A stretch of 64,000 nt of DNA from an uncultured Methanosarcinales archaeon (GTDB lineage: Archaea; Nanobdellota; Nanobdellia; Woesearchaeales; CAZPJY01), in NCBI GenBank assembly GCA_964587045.1, contig CAZPJY010000001.1, positions 1-64,000 on the forward strand, read 5' to 3'. Below are positions 40,801 to 46,800 of this stretch, piece after piece. A program made the position numbers and the translations under genes. Numbering within the stretch: position 1 is the stretch's first letter; each line of letters begins with the position of its first letter. The notes under the pieces were generated by a model. That model was not told where the DNA came from. It saw only the letters and a list, made by a program, of their open reading frames with translations, and did not search any database.

Positions 40801-43800
40801 TCAGGATCCGAAATCGTAAACCTTGACGGCGATCTGCGGGCTTATGAGGGACAGTACCTGCAGTTCTCCAACCCAAGAGAATATTATATTATAACAGGAG
40901 TCAATTACATTCCCCTGCAGTACTCGGAAGTCGAGCTGGACCGGCCGCTAACTTCGAGCTTCTCAGGATCAGCATACCTGTATTCGGCCAAGACTTTTGC
41001 AGGCTACTACTCGGCATCGCTCACCCTGACAGATGGCTCCAACCGCATCCTTGCAAGGGCGACAGACAGGGCGGGCAACTGGGCAAGCGCCTCGGCTGGG
41101 GACATCACATATGACACCTCTCCACCTTCAATTTCAGAAGAGACACCCAAGTACACGACCGGAGAGACCTCACTAAGGGTGTCTGCTCTACTATCAGAAG
41201 ACGGGTCAGGACTGTCCTACGCGGCCATGGATCTGGACGGCGTCCCCATGGCGGTGACTCTTGCCTCATCGGGAGGGGACACACTCGCGTACTACCAGGC
41301 CAGGAACCTGGGCGACGGGACGCACCACGCGAGCATCACTGCCTGGGACAGGGCCGGCAACTCCGCATCATCATCCTGGGAGTTTGTGGTCGACACCCAG
41401 TTCCCGACGGCGACCATCACAGTGCAAGGGGCAGTGGTTAGGGAAGCGTACGACCCGGACAGGCACTATCTCGAGTCCAGCACGCCAAGCATACGCGTTT
41501 CCTTCGACAGCGGCGTCGTGGTCGACTCGGCGGGCATGTCAGGAGGCACTCTGACCCAATACCAGGTATCGTCCAGCGTTTACACCTACAATTCCTCAGA
41601 GCTTACCGAGGGCATACACAGGTTCACGATACGCGCAAGGAAGGACCTGCCCGGAAGCAGCCCGATCCCGTTCTACGCAGATGTGATAATCGACAACTCC
41701 GCGCCTTCCAACCTTGCCATAACGACCCTGCCATCCCCTGTGCAGGACCCGGTCGGAGTGCCTTTGGCAGGCTCATTCACAGAGACCAACTTCGAAGGCC
41801 TGACGGTCGGAGGCGACATATCAGGATATGATGTCGGGACTTCCGCCAACAGGTTCTCAGGAGATGTGGACCTCGAAGCCGCAGACGGCATGAAAGCAGT
41901 CGTCGTCACCGTCTCGGACATCCTGGGCCACAACTCCTCAGTTGAGGGCGAGGTGGAAGTGGATAGCGAGGAGCCACAACTCACTGCTGAGGTGTTGGGC
42001 GTGGTGGGTGTTGGTGGTAGGGATTATGTTGCTGATTCGCGTGTTGATGTGGGTGTGGTTTGCGAGTCTGGTCTTGTTTTGACGCTTATGGGTGGTGATA
42101 GGGTCAGGTCTGGTGTTTGTTCTGGTGGCTCGTTTGTTTTTGCTGGTGTTGGTATTGCTGAGGAGTTTAATGAGTTGTGGGTTGAGTCTGTTGATTTGGC
42201 TGGTAATGTTGGAGTGTCGAATCATGTTGTGGTGTATGGTGATGTGACTGGTCCGTCTGTTGTGTTTGTGCGTCCGCTTGATGGTGATGTTGTGACTGAT
42301 CCTGAGGGTGTTATTGAGGTTGCTGTTGGTGATGGCGGTGCTGGTGTTGATGGTGCGAGTGTGCGTTTGGTGGTTAATGATTGGGATGTTACTGGCTGGC
42401 CCGGCTACACATACACATCCGGCGTCATAAGCTTCGATCCCGAACCGTTCCCTGTAAGGGAAGGCCCCAACTCGGTCACGCTTTACTCATCAGATTTGCT
42501 TGGCAATCCTGGAAGGGGTTCCATCTCCTTCGTCGTCGACACCCTGGCGCCGAACGCTCCGGCTCTGAGTCTGAGTCACGACGCCGGCACTTTCCCACCG
42601 CTTGAGCTGTCAACCCTCATGACGGCTGACGCCGCCTACAACCAGCTGTCATTCGAGTTTGACGAGCTGGTCAACATAACAGGGTACTCGGTCGAGTACG
42701 GCGGTGTGGAATACACCAACATCAGGACTTCAGCCACCAGTTCAGTCGACGTGTTCAACATAGGGCTGCTGGGCACCGACCCCCTCAGTGAGGGAGAATG
42801 GGAAGTCAGCGTGAATTTCGTTGCCGTTGACAACGCTCACGCAAACAGCTACTCGGCGTCATTCACAGTGGACAGGACTCCACCAGTTGCGGGATCACTT
42901 CTGCTCAACGGCGGAGACGAGTACTCGACCACGTCGGGCCTGCAGGTCCAGGGATCAGCGAGCGATGCGGTCACGTCGGTTGAGGTGATCGAGCTCTCGA
43001 ACGATGGCAGAAGGTTCACGCCCTTTGCCTATACCGACCAGCCCATCCTGTGGGACGTCGCCGGAGAGGGCTTCCACAGGGTCTACGCCAGGTTCTCAGA
43101 CATGGGAGGGCTGCTCTCAGCAACTATAAACTCCTCAATAACCGTCGACACCATCGGTCCTGCCGCCCCAGTAATATACTCGCCCCCAGCAGGCGAGAGC
43201 TGGACATCGCTCTCCTCATACAACGTGATAGGGTACGTCGGCGAGTCAGATGTTGATATCGTGCTGTTCGACGAATCCGGCCAAAACCTATCGGTGCAGC
43301 ATGTGGCATACGACTCAGTATGCTCGGGGACTATCAACATAGCAACCGCAAGCGGAACCACAATACTCGTTCCGGACGCGGCAGTCCCGTATTTCATGGA
43401 AGATAGCTTCGTCGAGTTCAGCGGCCACAAGAGAGCCAACTTCGAGAGGTACATGATAACCTCTGTCAGGAGCATGCCAGGCTATGACGAGGTCACCCTC
43501 GAAGAACCTCTCGAAGGCGTGGTCAGGAGCAATGAGGGAGTCGTCATATGCGACACCCGCTACCCGGCAGGATGGTTCAACATATCCGTGCCGTTGGTAG
43601 ACAGGACATCTATCAGGGCTGTTGCCTACGATCGCCTGGGGATAGAGGGCGGCGTATCGGACGCCCGAGTACTCGTGAGAGATGTCACCGCTCCCACGCT
43701 GACGTACCTGCAGCCTGCAGCAGACACAGTCACCGCACAGGCAGTGCCGTCGGTAATATTGAGGGTCTCGGACACCCAGAGCGGGGTAGCAGATGCGCAG

Positions 43801-46800
43801 CTGACAGTCGATTCCGTAGGGTACAGCTGCGGAGACCTGAGATGCACCAGCCTCGGACAGACTATGGAGATCGAGTTCAACGCCGTATCGCTGCTGGGCT
43901 CAGCATTGGGCTACGGGACGCACTCATTCGACCTGACAGTGACTGACGCCGCCGGCAATCCGCTGAACTTCAGCTGGAGCCTGGAGATAAGCTCGAATGT
44001 CACTCACGAGCCGACCCTGCATGTATTAGGCGGAACCGCGCATGAGGGAGTATGGTACGTCGACAACATGGACCCGGCAATAACGGCAGCCTATGAGGAT
44101 GACGCGCCCTCGCTCGTCCACCTCGAGCATGCCGGTTTGGGATTCGAAGGTATGGGACTGGACACGGACCAGCCGGTGAACTACGCGAGGGCGGACAATA
44201 TCACTTTCGGAATCATATTGCAAACGCCGGCCCTGCAGGAAGATGCGACCTACCAGCTCAACCTCGTATCATACAAGGATGTCACGACAGGGGAGTCGGC
44301 CAGGGGATACCATTACTTCCCAATGCGCTTCGATACAATCGGGCCCTTCGTCAACTTCTCGAGCTCCCCCCTGCCCAGCACTCTGACCACCTCAGACGTC
44401 TCGGTGTCCGGATGGTGCAGGGATTACAACATGGACTACATCGAGCTAACCGGGGACGTATCACCGACAGTCACGCTATGCGGATCCAACGGGAGGTGGG
44501 CAGCATCGGTCGACCTGGTCGGGATAGAGCAGGGCGCCAGGACCATCACCGTCACTGCCTACGACATGGTAGGGCATACCTCATCGGCGACTTCGACCAT
44601 CCTGTTCGACTTCCAGCCGCCAACAGTCCAGGTTGCTGCGATATCAGACGACAACGACACCACCGAGGACGCCATCGATGATGACGGCCTGGTCTACCTA
44701 ACAGGCCTGAACAACTCGGGAGGCGCGCAGTGGTGCATCATCAACTGGGGCGACGGCAGCCCGTCACCGGAGTTTGCGGCATCCGTGACCTCCAGAATGC
44801 ATTCGTACGCGGAAGGGACCTGGACAGCGAGCTATTCCTGCAGGGACGCTGCCGGCAACTGGGCTGTCCCGGTCACGAAGACCATCGACGTCGACATGAA
44901 CGGCCCCAGCATAACGATATCCAGCGTGGTGCCTGCAACAACTAACAGGTTCGCCAATGCAACCATAATACTGGATGAGACGCCTGCAACCATGTCAGTG
45001 AGTGTCATAGCTGCTGACGACAGCTGCGACAGGACGAGCATGCAGGGCACCACCTACAGGTACGCCTGCGATGTCTCTAACGTATCCATGGAGGGCACGC
45101 TAACCCTGAGGGTGATGGCGGCTGACGCGCACGGCCACCAGACCACTGCCCAGAGGCAGGTCGGTGTGGATACCTTGCCGCCCACAATATCCGTGCCTGA
45201 CACGGAGTTCGTGACAGCAGACACGACGCAGAGGGTGAGCATCCAGACCAATGAGAACGCCCACTGCAGGTGGTCCACCGACCAGGAGAGCTACTGGGCA
45301 ATGCTCGAGCAATTCACAACGGGTGAGGGGACGCGCAACCACGCGACAGACCTGGCGTTGGAGCCGGGCCTGACCACCTACTACTTCGCATGCGCAGACG
45401 CCTACGGAAACGCGAACTCCGCCGGGCAGCTGGCCTCCCTTACAGTAGACTTCAGGAACGAGCCGCCAAGCCTTGACAACATCACCATCTCACCGATCGC
45501 CTACAGCGACCTGGTGGCGTACTACACTGACACGATGGACATCACGGTGTCAGGCACGTCCGATGTCGGTGCGCAGATACGCCTGCTCGTGGACGGGACC
45601 CTGCGTCCAGGCTCGATAACTGTTGCCGAGCCGGAATACCTCAACGTCCCAGTCTCACTCGCCGGGTTCGGCGCGGCAGACCCGTCTCTGGTGGAAGGCT
45701 CGACCATCAGGTTTACAAGCGGCATGGACCTCGACGTCGTCTTGGTTGGCGGCGCCGAGAACTACACCTTGCCCAACAGGAACAGCATCGAAGTGGACTT
45801 CCCAACACCCGGGACCTACACTTTCGGCCTGACCGTACCGCCAGCGACAGCCGTGCTGGACACACTCACAGTCACGGTCTACCAGGCCGACACAAGGTTC
45901 AGCTACGACGCCAGCGTCTCGGAGGGCCGGCACTTCATAATGGTGCGCGCGACCGACGAGTGGGGACACACAACTGATTCCGACCTCTACCAGCTCTATG
46001 TGGATACGCTGGATCCTGTGATCACCTTGCAGTCTCCGATATCGATAACCGGCGACACCTCGCCTGACATTGTGCTAACCTTAAGCGATGCGGTCTCGGG
46101 CCTGGACATGGGCTGGACCTCACTGACCGTGATAGCCAACGAGACCTACGAGTGCACCAATGTGGACTTGGGAAGCAACGCGTGCACCCCGGCGAGCGCC
46201 GAGGTCATATGGGACGGCGAGGAGCTCACCTTCACGACCGGCGACCAGCTGACGTTCCAGGACACAGGTGAGGTCTCTCTGATAGCTGCTGCCACGGATA
46301 ACGTCGGGCATGCCGCATCTGAGCAGTTCAGCTTCGCTGTCGACACCTCAGCCCCGACTGTACAGTCGATTAGCATATCAGAGGCGTTTGATAGGGGCAG
46401 CGTGTGGTACTCCAGGAGCGCACAGCCGCTCGCTACGATAGGCTTCGACAGCCCGGTGGTGGTTGAAGGCGCTTCCATGGGAGGGGCTGCCAACACTTCA
46501 GAGTCAGGCCTGCTAACCCGGTTGGTGTGGCCATACAGGGCGTTGGCTGAAGGCGAATACTCGCTGGCTGTGAACGCAAGCCGCATCGGCGGAGGCACCA
46601 TGGGTTCTTGGACCTGGAGCTTCGTGGTTGACCTCAACGACCCGCAGGTGGACATCAGCCCGGACGTTCCGACGCTTGTCGGCGGCAGCCAGCTGGAGGT
46701 GTACGGAAGCTGCTACGACGCCAACATGGACCGTATCGAGATAGAGACCCCGTCCAACAGCTTCGTGGCGGACTGCGAGCAGGGGACCTACAACGCATCG

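Noticed and set aside
39349..42225. Minus-strand ORFs MIRHSNITSQINRLNP... (96 and 95 aa)
   Set aside because: They are antisense shadows of the G+T-rich repeat. The T/N/H/I-rich composition follows from the skew, and the plus frame carries the conserved motifs.
39394..42422. Diversity-generating retroelement template/variable repeat pair
   Set aside because: The two copies are identical rather than differing at adenines, both lie in frame in the gene, C is depleted as well as A, and no reverse transcriptase gene is in the window.
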